From an uncultured Lachnospiraceae bacterium (GTDB taxonomy: Bacteria > Bacillota > Clostridia > Oscillospirales > CAG-272), in NCBI GenBank assembly GCA_964570825.1, contig CAZMZJ010000005.1, positions 11,734-75,733 of the forward strand: a stretch of DNA of 64,000 nucleotides. The letters are read 5' to 3'. The notes beneath the pieces are model-generated. The model was not told the DNA's origin, did not search any database, and was given only the letters and a program-made list of their open reading frames with translations. Shown here piece by piece: positions 9,490-20,984 of this stretch. Every line of letters starts with the position of its first letter. Positions within the stretch are counted from its first letter, which is position 1. The position numbers and the translations under genes were made by a program.

Positions 9490-11343
9490 TCAGTACGCCC
9501 TGACTTCGAATACCGTTATATCACCGGCGCCGTTGGTGGCGGTTATGTGTATTTCTGCGGTATCGCATTCGGTCGGTGAAAAATCGAGGACGTTCAGGCG
9601 CTGGTGATTGTTCCTGACTTCTATTTTCCCGACCTCCTTTCCTTCCTTTTTGAGCGCAACGGAGTAATCCCTGACCAGCTCTGCCGGGACTCCGATTCTC
9701 TGCTGAATCTGACGGTTGTAAGCCATTGTCACGCGGATGGGGTAGCGGAAATCGGAATCGAAGGTAAGACGCAGCTGCGATAATATCTCAGGCTTCTCAA
9801 ACTTCATCGTGAGCGTTTCGCCGCCTGCGGATATCCCGTCTGAAATCCACGCATGGGACCTGCCGTCGAGCCTGCGGGATATGCCGTCGATAACATTCTG
9901 CGGCTCGCCGCCGGCCTTATTTGAGCTTGCTGAGAATGACGCACATCTTGCCTTGTCGGCCATGTCGGTGTTTGTAAAGCCGGGCAGGAAGCCGTCGTCC
10001 TTAAGTATTTCCTGCTGGAGCTCGCCGATATAAGGGGCGAGACCGCGCGGCGTGCATCCGTATTTTTTGCACAGCGCCGCCGCGGTTCCGACGGCCTGTC
10101 CGCCGACAGCGCAGCAGCCGATAATTCTCGTGCTGGCAAGTCCGAGCCTTGAAACTGATATATCGCGGCCCGCCATGAAGAGGTTGTCGATATTTTTCGA
10201 ATAATACGAGCGGTACGGAATGGTGTATACGCCCGAGAAATGGTTGCAGTCGCTCGGCAGGAGATTGAAGTCGAGCAGCCCGTGCGGCGAGTGCATATCG
10301 ATGCACCAGCCGCCGTAAGCCACCGCGTCGTCGAAAATTCTATGGCTCAGTATATCGTTTTCGGTGAGGACATAGTCGCCTACAAGGCGTCTGCTCTCCC
10401 GCATTCCGGGCAGCGCGCCGACCCATTCGAGAGCGTAGTTCTCGGCGCCGTGATTTCCTCCGTTTTTAATATGATCCCAAAGCCCGTATGCGTAGGCATA
10501 CAGTTCGTCGCGGATATTCTCGTAATCGGGAATTATATCATCCTTGTCGCCCATCAGCTCAAGCCACCAGTAGCCGTAGTCGACTCCGCGGCAGCTTGTT
10601 CCGGAAAGTCTCAGCCACTCAACTGGGTCTGGCGCCATGCTTGAGTCTATTTTGTGCACCGCGCAGTGCATCCTGTACTTAAGCTGCTCCTCGGTTAGAG
10701 TTTTCGCAAATGCAGGGGGGGTGTATTTTACCGGCCGGCCGGTGTCATACGCTTTGATGAGAATGGTGTTCCCCATTCTGTTATTGTTGGGCTTCTCCGG
10801 AGCGTGAGGTTCGCCGTATTCGCACCTTGCCTCGCTTCCCTGTTTGAATTCCGCTCCGGCGTAATAGCCGAGAGTGCCGTTTCCGGTCGCGTCAACGAAT
10901 ATATTTGCCTTGAATTTGATACGCATCTCGGTGGTTTCCTGCACGCAGCTTATGCTTGCAATCCGGCTTCCGTCTGTTTCGCAGTCGTACATGGTTGTGT
11001 TAAGGAAAGTTTCAAGGTTTTTTTCTTTTTTAACAGCTTCAAAAAGGACGGCGTCCCAGATTGAATAATTGAAAAAATCATTTCTTGCCTTGTTTTCGAG
11101 CATAAGCTCGTACAAAATTCCTGTTTCTGCATACTGCGGCTGCTTAAGGCTTTGGTCCGCGCCCGAAATATGTATCCTTATTTCGCTTGAAGCGTTGCCG
11201 CCGAGCACCGGCCGAGCGTGCACAAGCGCGGTGCGGGCGCCATGTCGCGCCGACGAGATTGCGGCGCATAGGCCCGCCATGCCGCCGCCGACGACCACCG
11301 TGTCGAATTCTTTTTCAGTGTATCTTTCCGCTGTCCTCTTCAT
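9490..11343 (-). CDS. FAD-dependent oxidoreductase (FAD_oxidored type) with C-terminal beta-sandwich domain
   Basis: VVVGGGMAG dinucleotide-binding motif, LGGNASSEIR, FVDATGNG, RESRRLVGDYVLT, YTIPYRS, LFMAGRDIS. Confidence 0.88.
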   Translation of the reverse strand: MKRTAERYTEKEFDTVVVGGGMAGLCAAISSARHGARTALVHARPVLGGNASSEIRIHISGADQSLKQPQYAETGILYELMLENKARNDFFNYSIWDAVLFEAVKKEKNLETFLNTTMYDCETDGSRIASISCVQETTEMRIKFKANIFVDATGNGTLGYYAGAEFKQGSEARCEYGEPHAPEKPNNNRMGNTILIKAYDTGRPVKYTPPAFAKTLTEEQLKYRMHCAVHKIDSSMAPDPVEWLRLSGTSCRGVDYGYWWLELMGDKDDIIPDYENIRDELYAYAYGLWDHIKNGGNHGAENYALEWVGALPGMRESRRLVGDYVLTENDILSHRIFDDAVAYGGWCIDMHSPHGLLDFNLLPSDCNHFSGVYTIPYRSYYSKNIDNLFMAGRDISVSRLGLASTRIIGCCAVGGQAVGTAAALCKKYGCTPRGLAPYIGELQQEILKDDGFLPGFTNTDMADKARCASFSASSNKAGGEPQNVIDGISRRLDGRSHAWISDGISAGGETLTMKFEKPEILSQLRLTFDSDFRYPIRVTMAYNRQIQQRIGVPAELVRDYSVALKKEGKEVGKIEVRNNHQRLNVLDFSPTECDTAEIHITATNGAGDITVFEVRAY

Positions 11344-11414
11344 GGGTTTCACCTGTACCTTTGTCGTTATACGTTTTGCAATTCATTATATTTCGACCCG
11401 TGTTGCATTTTTGC

Positions 11415-11432
11415 AAGCGGAACGTTCCGCTT
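11415..11432. promoter_or_regulatory. perfect 18-bp palindrome, candidate LacI-type operator
   Basis: AAGCGGAAC/GTTCCGCTT with central CG, about 70 bp upstream of the oxidoreductase start. Confidence 0.55.
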
Positions 11433-11725
11433 AAATGGCAGATATTTGCCCGCCGCAGAATAATACCTTGCGGCAGGCTTAAATAATAATTGTATATTTA
11501 TATTATACACTATTTTTTGACGTTTGACAATGTCTTTCTTTCATTCTCTAATAAATTTGTTTGTTTATGAAAAATATCGCCTCAAAGCAGCGTCTGGGCG
11601 TCCCCGCGGGCTGCTATTTTTTTCCGCATATATTATATTTTTTGCACATAGTCTTGATTTTACAGTAACAACATGCTAAAATCAAATCTGAGAAGGTTAA
11701 TTTATATCGGAAAGGCAGGTCAACC

Positions 11726-13759
<2,034 letters not shown>

Positions 13760-13824
13760 CGCTTATAGACATTCGAACGGCTTGCGGCTCTGAGCGCGGA
13801 CACGGACATTGGGAAAAAAAATAC

Positions 13825-13856
13825 AAGGCGGCTGCCAAAAGACAGCCGCCTTATTT
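13825..13856. terminator. bidirectional terminator between convergent genes
   Basis: AAGGCGGCTG...CAGCCGCCTT stem with A-run before and T-run after. Confidence 0.7.
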
Positions 13857-13932
13857 GTCCGGGAAACAGTTCTGCAAAAAGCAGGCGGATGCAGATTTTT
13901 TGAGGACTTCGCTTGCTGCTTTCCCTTTTTGC

Positions 13933-16515
13933 TTATCTTACATAAAGCTCGCTTCCGTTGAAATCGACAGTCAGAGTCGTATCGGGCGACGGGTCGTCTG
14001 CTATGATGTGCTGCGCGACGAGAGTTTCTACCTTAGACTGAATGAAGCGCTTGAGCGGACGGGCGCCATATACCGGATCGAAGCCTGAGGCTATTATATA
14101 GTCGCGGGCGGAATCGGTTACATTCAGCGTGAGGCGCAGGTCTGCAAGGCGGCGCCGCAGGTCGCGGAATAGCAGCTCTGCCACCCCGCGTATATCGCTC
14201 TTGGTCAGCGGGCGGTAAATAACTGTTTCGTCGATGCGGTTGAGGAACTCGGGGCGGAAGCTGCGGCGCAGCAGCTCGGTGACTGTTTTGCGGGCGCTCT
14301 CGCTTATCCGGCCGTCGGGCGTGATGCCTTCGAGAATGACGTCGGAACCGAGGTTTGAAGTCATGATAATGATTGTGTTCTTGAAATCGACAGTTCTGCC
14401 CTGGCTGTCGGTGATTCTGCCGTCGTCGAGCACCTGAAGCAGAACATTGAATACGTCGGGATGCGCTTTTTCTATTTCATCGAAAAGCACTACCGCATAA
14501 GGTCTGCGTCGCACCGCTTCGGTGAGCTGCCCGCCCTCGTCGTAGCCGACATATCCGGGAGGCGCTCCGATAAGGCGCGAAACTGAGAACTTCTCCATGT
14601 ATTCGCTCATGTCGATTCTAACAATGTTTTTCTCGTCGTCGAACAAAGCTTCGGCGAGAGCCTTTGCGAGCTCTGTTTTGCCGACTCCCGTGGGGCCCAG
14701 GAACATAAAGGAGCCAATCGGGCGTTTCGGGTCCTGGATACCCGCGCGCGAGCGCAGAATAGCGTTGCTGACTATGGTGACGGCCTCGTCCTGGCCTATC
14801 ACCCGGCGATGGAGTATCTCCGGCATTGAGAGGAGCTTCTTGCGTTCGCTCTCAAGCAGCTTGGATACCGGAATACCTGTCCAGCGCGCGACGATTTTTG
14901 CTATTTCCTCCTCGGTCACGCTGCTGCGCAGCAGAGTTGTTTTTTCGCCGCCCGCCTTTCCCTCCTCCTCCGCGAGTTTCTTCTGCAGGTTCGGAAGAAT
15001 GCCGTATTTAAGCTCGGCGGCGCGGCTCAGATTGTATTCGTTCTGCGCTTTTTCAATTTCGGAATTTGTGCGTTCGATTTCCTTGCGCAGTTCGCTCACT
15101 TTGTCGATCGAGCGTTTTTCGTTCTCCCATTTTGCTTTCATGGCGTTGAACTTTTCGCGCAGTTCGGAAAGCTCCTTGCGGATTTGATCCAGATGTTCAA
15201 GAGAAATCTTGTCCGTTTCCTTTTTAAGTGCCGCTTCTTCGATTTCGAGCTGCATTATACGCCGCTGAATCTCGTCCATCTCAGCCGGCATTGAGTTCAT
15301 TTCGGTTTTTATAAGGGCGCAGGCTTCATCGACAAGGTCAATCGCCTTGTCCGGCAGGAATCTGTCCGATATATAGCGGTTTGATAGGGTTGCCGCGGCG
15401 ATTAAAGCCTGGTCATGGATTTTCACGCCGTGGAATACCTCGTACCTCTCCTTGAGTCCGCGTAGTATTGAAATTGTGTCCTCCACGCTCGGCTCGTCAA
15501 CCATTACAGGCTGGAAACGGCGTTCGAGCGCCGCGTCTTTTTCAATATACAGCCGATATTCGTTCAGGGTTGTTGCTCCGATGCAGTGGAGCTCGCCGCG
15601 CGCGAGCATCGGCTTTAAGATATTGCCGGCGTCCATCGCGCCCTCGGCTTTTCCCGCGCCGACGATATTGTGCAGTTCGTCGATGAAAAGAATTATCTTG
15701 CCATCGCTCTTTTTAATATCTTCGAGTACGGCTTTCAGACGTTCTTCGAACTCTCCGCGGAATTTGGCTCCGGCGATCAGCGCCCCCATATCGAGTGAGA
15801 AGACGGAGCGGTCGCGGAGGTTGTCGGGCACGTCTCCGCGGACGATACGCTGAGCGAGGCCCTCGGCAATAGCGGTTTTGCCGACGCCCGGCTCGCCGAT
15901 CAGCACCGGATTGTTTTTTGTTTTCCGAGATAGAATGCGTATAACGTTCCGTATTTCCTCATCACGTCCGATGACCGGATCAAGCTTCTGTGCTCTGGCG
16001 AGCTCGACAAGGTCCGAGCCGTATTTTTTGAGAGCCTCGTAGGTATCCTCCGGATTGTCGCTGGTGACTCGTCTGTTGCCGCGTATTTCCTTAAGTGCTG
16101 CGAGCAGCTTGTTCTTTTCGACGCCATATTTTGAGAGAAGCTCTTTTATGTCCCTGTCGGCCGTGTTTGCGATGCCCAACAGGATATGCTCGACCGATAT
16201 ATAATCGTCGTTCATCCCCTCGGCGAGCTTTTCAGCCTCGTTAAGTGCTTTGTCAGCGGCTGACGAAAGGTAGAGAGAATCGGAGCCCCCGCTGATTTTC
16301 GGGTATTTTGAGATGATATTGTTGAGTTCCGACGTTATGTTTTCGGGCGATGCTCCGCATTTTTTAATGAGTTCACGTGCGATTCCGCCGTCCTGTTCTG
16401 CAAGCGCGAGCAAAAAATGCGCCTGTTCAAGCTGCTGGTTGCCGTTTTCGCGGGCAATGCTTTGCGCACGGCCTACCGCATCGATACTTTTCTGCGTTAA
16501 TTTTTGGGTGTTCAT
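13933..16515 (-). CDS. clpB: ATP-dependent chaperone ClpB
   Basis: Two AAA modules ([16 protein letters not shown]), [12 protein letters not shown], coiled-coil M domain, YGARPLKR. Confidence 0.98.
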   Translation of the reverse strand: MNTQKLTQKSIDAVGRAQSIARENGNQQLEQAHFLLALAEQDGGIARELIKKCGASPENITSELNNIISKYPKISGGSDSLYLSSAADKALNEAEKLAEGMNDDYISVEHILLGIANTADRDIKELLSKYGVEKNKLLAALKEIRGNRRVTSDNPEDTYEALKKYGSDLVELARAQKLDPVIGRDEEIRNVIRILSRKTKNNPVLIGEPGVGKTAIAEGLAQRIVRGDVPDNLRDRSVFSLDMGALIAGAKFRGEFEERLKAVLEDIKKSDGKIILFIDELHNIVGAGKAEGAMDAGNILKPMLARGELHCIGATTLNEYRLYIEKDAALERRFQPVMVDEPSVEDTISILRGLKERYEVFHGVKIHDQALIAAATLSNRYISDRFLPDKAIDLVDEACALIKTEMNSMPAEMDEIQRRIMQLEIEEAALKKETDKISLEHLDQIRKELSELREKFNAMKAKWENEKRSIDKVSELRKEIERTNSEIEKAQNEYNLSRAAELKYGILPNLQKKLAEEEGKAGGEKTTLLRSSVTEEEIAKIVARWTGIPVSKLLESERKKLLSMPEILHRRVIGQDEAVTIVSNAILRSRAGIQDPKRPIGSFMFLGPTGVGKTELAKALAEALFDDEKNIVRIDMSEYMEKFSVSRLIGAPPGYVGYDEGGQLTEAVRRRPYAVVLFDEIEKAHPDVFNVLLQVLDDGRITDSQGRTVDFKNTIIIMTSNLGSDVILEGITPDGRISESARKTVTELLRRSFRPEFLNRIDETVIYRPLTKSDIRGVAELLFRDLRRRLADLRLTLNVTDSARDYIIASGFDPVYGARPLKRFIQSKVETLVAQHIIADDPSPDTTLTVDFNGSELYVR

Positions 16516-16651
16516 AATATTTCACCTGTTCTTTCACATATTCTGATTTTCCTTTTAACTGATAATATCCCGTTTTTCATTTTTTTAACAGTTTTATTTT
16601 ACTTTTTATTTGTGAACATTTATGCAATAATATATTAACTTTTTGTAAACA

Positions 16652-16678
16652 TTAGCACTCTCTCCGATATACTGCTAA
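16652..16678 (-). promoter_or_regulatory. degenerate CIRCE element (HrcA operator) upstream of clpB
   Basis: TTAGCACTC-N9-TACTGCTAA vs consensus TTAGCACTC-N9-GAGTGCTAA (2 mismatches). Confidence 0.75.
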
Positions 16679-16780
16679 TCATAATCATGTTTGCATTAAA
16701 CATTACTAAAATAACCAATAATAATATTAGCAGCTATGAATGCGTTCTGATACATACGGGTTAAATTCATAGATGCCGCC

Positions 16781-16906
16781 AAACTCCAAACTTCATACTT
16801 TTAACTTCAAACTTCAAACTTCAAATTTCAAGCATCAAACATAAAACATCAAACATCAAACATCAAACATCAAACGTCAAACATCAAACGTCAAGCATTA
16901 AACCCG
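16781..16906. repeat. 7-bp tandem repeat tract, about 18 units
   Basis: aaactcc aaacttc atacttt taacttc aaacttc aaacttc aaatttc aagcatc aaacata aaacatc x4 aaacgtc aaacatc aaacgtc aagcatt aaacccg. Confidence 0.92.
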
Positions 16907-17072
16907 AACAATCGGCCTTCAGCCGTTGCGAGATAGCGCCGAGCAGGACGGGGTTTAGAGCCTCCCGATGCAAGACAATATTAAAAGGCTGCAGATTCAT
17001 TTTCTGCGGCCTGTCTTAATGGCTCAGGCTTAATTTCGCCTTATGCAATCCAATCGCATTGACATATAAAGC

Positions 17073-17119
17073 AAAACCCCGTATCGCCATATAATATAAG
17101 GCAATACGGGATTTTTTTG
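17073..17119 (-). terminator. hairpin/terminator downstream of ssrA
   Basis: cccgtatcgcc ... ggcaatacggg inverted repeat flanked by A and T runs. Confidence 0.65.
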
Positions 17120-17122
17120 TGT

Positions 17123-17485
17123 TGGTGGAGGTGAGGGGAATCGAACCCCTGTCCGAAAATTCTTCAATACGGCTTTCTCCGGGTGCATTATGTCATTTGA
17201 GCTTCCCCTTGTCCGCCGCCGACATACAGGCTGCGGTCGCAGGTAGCCATCTTATGCGTGATCCGGCTGATGGCGAGTCCCGGATGCACGTTCACCGCTT
17301 ACTGACGTTCAGTCCCGGGCCGCGATACTCCCGAGAGGAACGGGCTGCCTTGCGGCAGCGTCACCGCTTACGCGGCGAGTGCTACTTCGTTATTAGCGTT
17401 TAAATTTAATTTGGGCAGTTTAAGAGATTACCCGGCTCTACCCGCTTACCGTAAATCAAAATCCCCGTCGAAACCTTTACGCCCC
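17123..17485 (-). ncRNA. ssrA: tmRNA; predicted tag (A)ANNEVALAA*
   Basis: 5' GGGGCGTAAAGGTTTCGACGGGG; 3' GGACAGGGGTTCGATTCCCCTCACCTCCACCA; tag reading frame GCT AAT AAC GAA GTA GCA CTC GCC GCG TAA at 17397-17368; near smpB. Confidence 0.96.
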
Positions 17486-17543
17486 CATATGGCGGAATAC
17501 AGTAATATTGTATCCGGTTTCCTTGTTGTTTTTCAACAGTAAT

Positions 17544-18083
17544 TTAATTTTTGTTCTCTGATTCCTCTCCGATAAAAGTAACAACCTCGCCGACGGGCTT
17601 TCTTGCCCGTTTTGGAACATCCGACTTGGCAAATCCGACCGGCACCAGCGCCACCGGGCGCCGTTCTTTTGGTATATTCAGATACTTTCTGCACTCGTCC
17701 TCATCAAACGCTCCGACAAAGCAGCTGCCGATTCCCAGCTCCGCCGCCATCAGCATGAGGTGATCGGCCGCGCAGGCGGTGTCCTGAATTGCAAAAAGCT
17801 CAGTTCCCCGGCTGCCGAAGCGTTCTGTGAGCTTTGCCGCATCTGTGCAGACCACAAAAACGGCCGCCGCACTTTTTAACCATTCGCCTGAATACACCGA
17901 CGGCACTAACCCGGCTATCATTTTCCTGCCGCGCACGACATAAAAATGCCACGACTGATAATTGCAGGCATTCGGCGCAGCCGTTGCGGCTTCGATAAGT
18001 TTATTTATCTGACCGTCTGTCAGAAGGGCGTCGGTGAATCCGCGCACCGAACGTCTTTTGTTAACCAGCTCGTTAAAATCCAC
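17544..18083 (-). CDS. nitroreductase family protein
   Basis: KRRSVRGF, AAPNACNYQSWHF, LMAAELGIGSCFVGAF, LVPVG; GTG start with GGAGG RBS. Confidence 0.92.
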   Translation of the reverse strand: MDFNELVNKRRSVRGFTDALLTDGQINKLIEAATAAPNACNYQSWHFYVVRGRKMIAGLVPSVYSGEWLKSAAAVFVVCTDAAKLTERFGSRGTELFAIQDTACAADHLMLMAAELGIGSCFVGAFDEDECRKYLNIPKERRPVALVPVGFAKSDVPKRARKPVGEVVTFIGEESENKN

Positions 18084-18102
18084 GGCAGACCCGCCTCCTT
18101 TA

Positions 18103-18582
18103 TCAGTATTCTTTGCTCTTGTCCCTCATGCGCCTGTCAATTTCGCGGTCGGCGTCGCGCTCGGCCTCGGCGTCGCGCTTGTCGTACAGCTTTTTTCCTC
18201 TGCAAAGGCCGACCTCGATTTTTACATTTGAGCCAGAAAAGTAAAGCGACAGCGGCACAAGCGTAAAACCCTTCTGATTGACAAGACTGCCGAGCTTGAT
18301 AATTTCCTTCTTGTGCATCAGAAGCTTTTTGTCACGCATCGGGTCGCGGTTGAATATATTTCCCTGCTCGTATGGACTTATATGCATCCCCACCGCGAAT
18401 ATTTCGCCGTTTTTAATGGTGCAGTAGGAATCCTTGAGGTTGACTGATCCTTTGCGTATGCTTTTAACCTCTGTGCCGAAGAGAGCAATGCCGGCTTCGT
18501 ATTTTTCGTCGACGAAATAATCGTGCCACGCTTTTTTGTTCTGTGCGACGATTTTAATTCCGTCCCTGCTTTTTTCCGCCAT
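18103..18582 (-). CDS. smpB: SsrA-binding protein
   Basis: IVAQNKKAWHDYF, EAGIALFGTEVKSIR, RGKKLYDKR; RBS aaggagg; ATG at 18582. Confidence 0.98.
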   Translation of the reverse strand: MAEKSRDGIKIVAQNKKAWHDYFVDEKYEAGIALFGTEVKSIRKGSVNLKDSYCTIKNGEIFAVGMHISPYEQGNIFNRDPMRDKKLLMHKKEIIKLGSLVNQKGFTLVPLSLYFSGSNVKIEVGLCRGKKLYDKRDAEAERDADREIDRRMRDKSKEY

Positions 18583-18691
18583 AAGCCGCCCTCCTTTCGC
18601 AGATTTCTGTGCAGTAAATTTTATTATACTATATCCCGGATAAAAAATCAAGCGTTTTCTGACGAAGCACAATAATTACCGTTTCAGGATA

Positions 18692-19141
18692 TCACGTCGC
18701 CGCATCGGTTGAGGCGCCGTCGGCTCCCGTAACATATGAATATGAATAATTCTGACCGCACTTTTTGCAGGCCCGGCTTTTTCCGGCCATCTCGGCTTCC
18801 TTTATTGTTCCGCTTTCCACGGCAGCGGAGTTTGAAAGCGCGCTGCAGTTCCGGTCGATATGCCAGACGCTGCCTCCCGCCGTCCAGTAAACGATTACGT
18901 TGCCGTAAGCGTCGGTATCGGCCGTATAATTTTCAGCTTCGGTTTTCAGGTCTGTCATCCCGCCCTCGGAAGCGGCGCTTTCAGACGCCGCAAGGCCGGC
19001 CGATATTGCGGCGATCTGTTCGGGAGTGACGGTTTCGCCGGCATAAAATCCGCGGCTGAAGTCCGAGTATTCAGAGCAGCCGGTTAAAACCAGAGCGAGA
19101 ACCGGAATAATGGCACAAAACAGAATGTATTTGATTTTCAT
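18692..19141 (-). CDS. lipoprotein with C-terminal H/C metal-binding-like motif
   Basis: Signal peptide ending LVLTG-C; VYWTAGGSVWHIDRNC...RACKKC; start overlaps the upstream stop (TGATG). Confidence 0.75.
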   Translation of the reverse strand: MKIKYILFCAIIPVLALVLTGCSEYSDFSRGFYAGETVTPEQIAAISAGLAASESAASEGGMTDLKTEAENYTADTDAYGNVIVYWTAGGSVWHIDRNCSALSNSAAVESGTIKEAEMAGKSRACKKCGQNYSYSYVTGADGASTDAAT

Positions 19142-20046
19142 CAGTCATCCGCCTCCGAGAGCATTCGCTCAAGCAGGTTTACCTTATCCGCCGCATATTC
19201 ATAAGCCCCGCGGTAGTCGTTAATCTCTTTTGAGCATATCTCAAGGTCATAAAAAACGGTAAACAGGAACGGATCCGGCACAGTGTTCTGGGAAGTCAGA
19301 ATACTGCGGAGAAGCTTTGCCGCATCCGGGAAATTATTTGTTTTCATAGCCTCTCTGGCTTTTATATGTGCATACAGCGGGCTGTCCTCGCCGCGGTTGA
19401 GCAACAGTGAAATTTTATCATCGGGTACCGCTTTCCCGTTTTCGAGCGCCTCGAGCGCGGCAACATAAACGCAGAAACTATCTCCGTAAGCAAGCCCCTC
19501 GCTGACAGCTCTGCCTGACAGTTCGCCGCCGAGAGTCTGTGAGATGCGCTTCATGTATCTGAAATACACAACCGCCTCTGCTCTCGCGGTATCGTCGTTA
19601 TAGACGCTTTTTTCGGCATATTCCACAGCTTCTTCAAAAGCTTTAGCCGCCGAGCGCAGCCGTCCGGCGCAGAATTCCTCCTTTGCTATTTCCGATGAAC
19701 AGCGTGACATGATAAGCTTTATTTCGTCGTCGTCTTCAAGCCCCGGAGCGCGGCATATATCCATACAGATTCTGAAGTCGCCGTTCTTATATGCGCGTCT
19801 GATATTTTCGATTTTGTAAATCTTGCGGAACAGCATTTCGTCCTCGCCCTCGGAAAGAAGGTATCCGGGAGACACATTCAGCCGTCCGGCAAGGTAAAAG
19901 ACGGTGTCGAGCGACGGGAGCGCGGCGCCGTTTTCTATCCTGCTGAGCATATTCCGAGTAATCCTTTCACCGGCAAGCTGTTTCTGCGTCATCATTTTCA
20001 TGTTTCTTATGGATTTAATCTTCTCGCCGATTTTTATTTCAACCAT
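19141..20046 (-). CDS. XRE-family HTH regulator with helical TPR-like C-terminal domain
   Basis: IGEKIKSIRNMKMMTQKQLAGERITRNMLSRIENGAALPSL HTH; C-terminal all-helical repeats ending YRGAYEYA. Confidence 0.85.
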   Translation of the reverse strand: MVEIKIGEKIKSIRNMKMMTQKQLAGERITRNMLSRIENGAALPSLDTVFYLAGRLNVSPGYLLSEGEDEMLFRKIYKIENIRRAYKNGDFRICMDICRAPGLEDDDEIKLIMSRCSSEIAKEEFCAGRLRSAAKAFEEAVEYAEKSVYNDDTARAEAVVYFRYMKRISQTLGGELSGRAVSEGLAYGDSFCVYVAALEALENGKAVPDDKISLLLNRGEDSPLYAHIKAREAMKTNNFPDAAKLLRSILTSQNTVPDPFLFTVFYDLEICSKEINDYRGAYEYAADKVNLLERMLSEADD

Positions 20047-20399
20047 ATTACTTCAACTCCCGCCTGTATTTCTTCCCTGCTTGCTTCCGCAAAAATCAGA
20101 CCTCAATTCTCCTGTTTTGCAGTGCTGCTGCCGTTCTTATGACATTATATCAAAATACAATAACTTAATCAATGATTTTCGGGTTAATTTTACAGAAAGG
20201 TCTTTAATTTAATTTATATTTGTTGTATAATTACTTTATAATTTTTAACTGGAGCCGGCATTAAATTCAATTTATCAAGGTTTGCATTTGACGCAGGTCA
20301 TTTGCAGATTGGACTCTCCCGGTTTATTTTATTATAAATCCGGCCGGCGGAAAATCAAAAAAAATGTGAAGGCCGCCGCAGGCGGCATGAGGTATTGGC

Positions 20400-20984
20400 A
20401 TGGACAGTCTTAAAAAACGTATTATGGAATCAGGAGAAATCCGCCCCGGCGGGATTATAAAGGTTGACAGTTTTCTGAACCACTTGATGGACACCGCGCT
20501 AATTGATGATATGGGACGCGAATTTTATGAATATTTCAAGAACCGCGTGGTGACGAAAATCCTGACTGTTGAAGCTTCCGGCATAGGTATTGCCTGTCTT
20601 ACCGCAAGGTATTTCGGCGTTCCGGTGCTGTTCGCCAAGAAGTCCGAATCAAAGAATCTTTCCTCTGAAACCTATACGGCAGACGTATTTTCCTACACGA
20701 AAGGCAAAATGTTCACCATCCGTGTCGACAGACGTTATATAACCGCAAAAGATAAAATCCTTCTTATAGACGACTTTCTCGCAAACGGGCGGGCGCTTAT
20801 GGGGCTTGCCGACATTGCGGGACAGGCGGGCGCTGAAATAATCGGAGCTGGCATCTGCATAGAAAAGGCATTTCAGGATGGCGGGGACATCATACGCAAC
20901 ATGGGAATCGACCTTTACTCTCTTGCGGTGCTCGACGTAACGGAAGACGGAAAAATCGTATTTGTGGAGAAAAACAAAAAATGA
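20400..20984 (+). CDS. xpt: xanthine phosphoribosyltransferase
   Basis: IKVDSFLNH, KILTVEASGIGIA, VLFAKK, LIDDFLANG, IEKAFQDG. Confidence 0.95.
   Translation: MDSLKKRIMESGEIRPGGIIKVDSFLNHLMDTALIDDMGREFYEYFKNRVVTKILTVEASGIGIACLTARYFGVPVLFAKKSESKNLSSETYTADVFSYTKGKMFTIRVDRRYITAKDKILLIDDFLANGRALMGLADIAGQAGAEIIGAGICIEKAFQDGGDIIRNMGIDLYSLAVLDVTEDGKIVFVEKNKK

Noticed and set aside
11580-11625. Riboswitch/attenuator upstream of the uL15-fusion gene
   Set aside because: The hairpin with T-run lies upstream of the best promoter match (about 11657-11686), so it would not be in the leader, and no known aptamer consensus is seen.
16610-16627. Rex-like site TTGTGAA-CATT-TATGCAA upstream of clpB
   Set aside because: Three mismatches in one arm within very AT-rich DNA; not distinguishable from chance.
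16781-16906. CRISPR array, or a peptide encoded through the heptamer tract (MPPNSKLHTFNFKLQTSNFKHQT)
   Set aside because: No spacers, 7-bp unit, no cas genes; the 23-aa ORF has no RBS.
17000-17125. Prophage or genomic island integrated at ssrA
   Set aside because: No integrase, no duplicated tmRNA 3' end seen in the window, and flanking genes are core.
20230-20399. Canonical purine (guanine) riboswitch before xpt
   Set aside because: The conserved aptamer strings (TATAAT...GATATGG...GTTTCTACC...CCGTAAA...GACTA) are not present.
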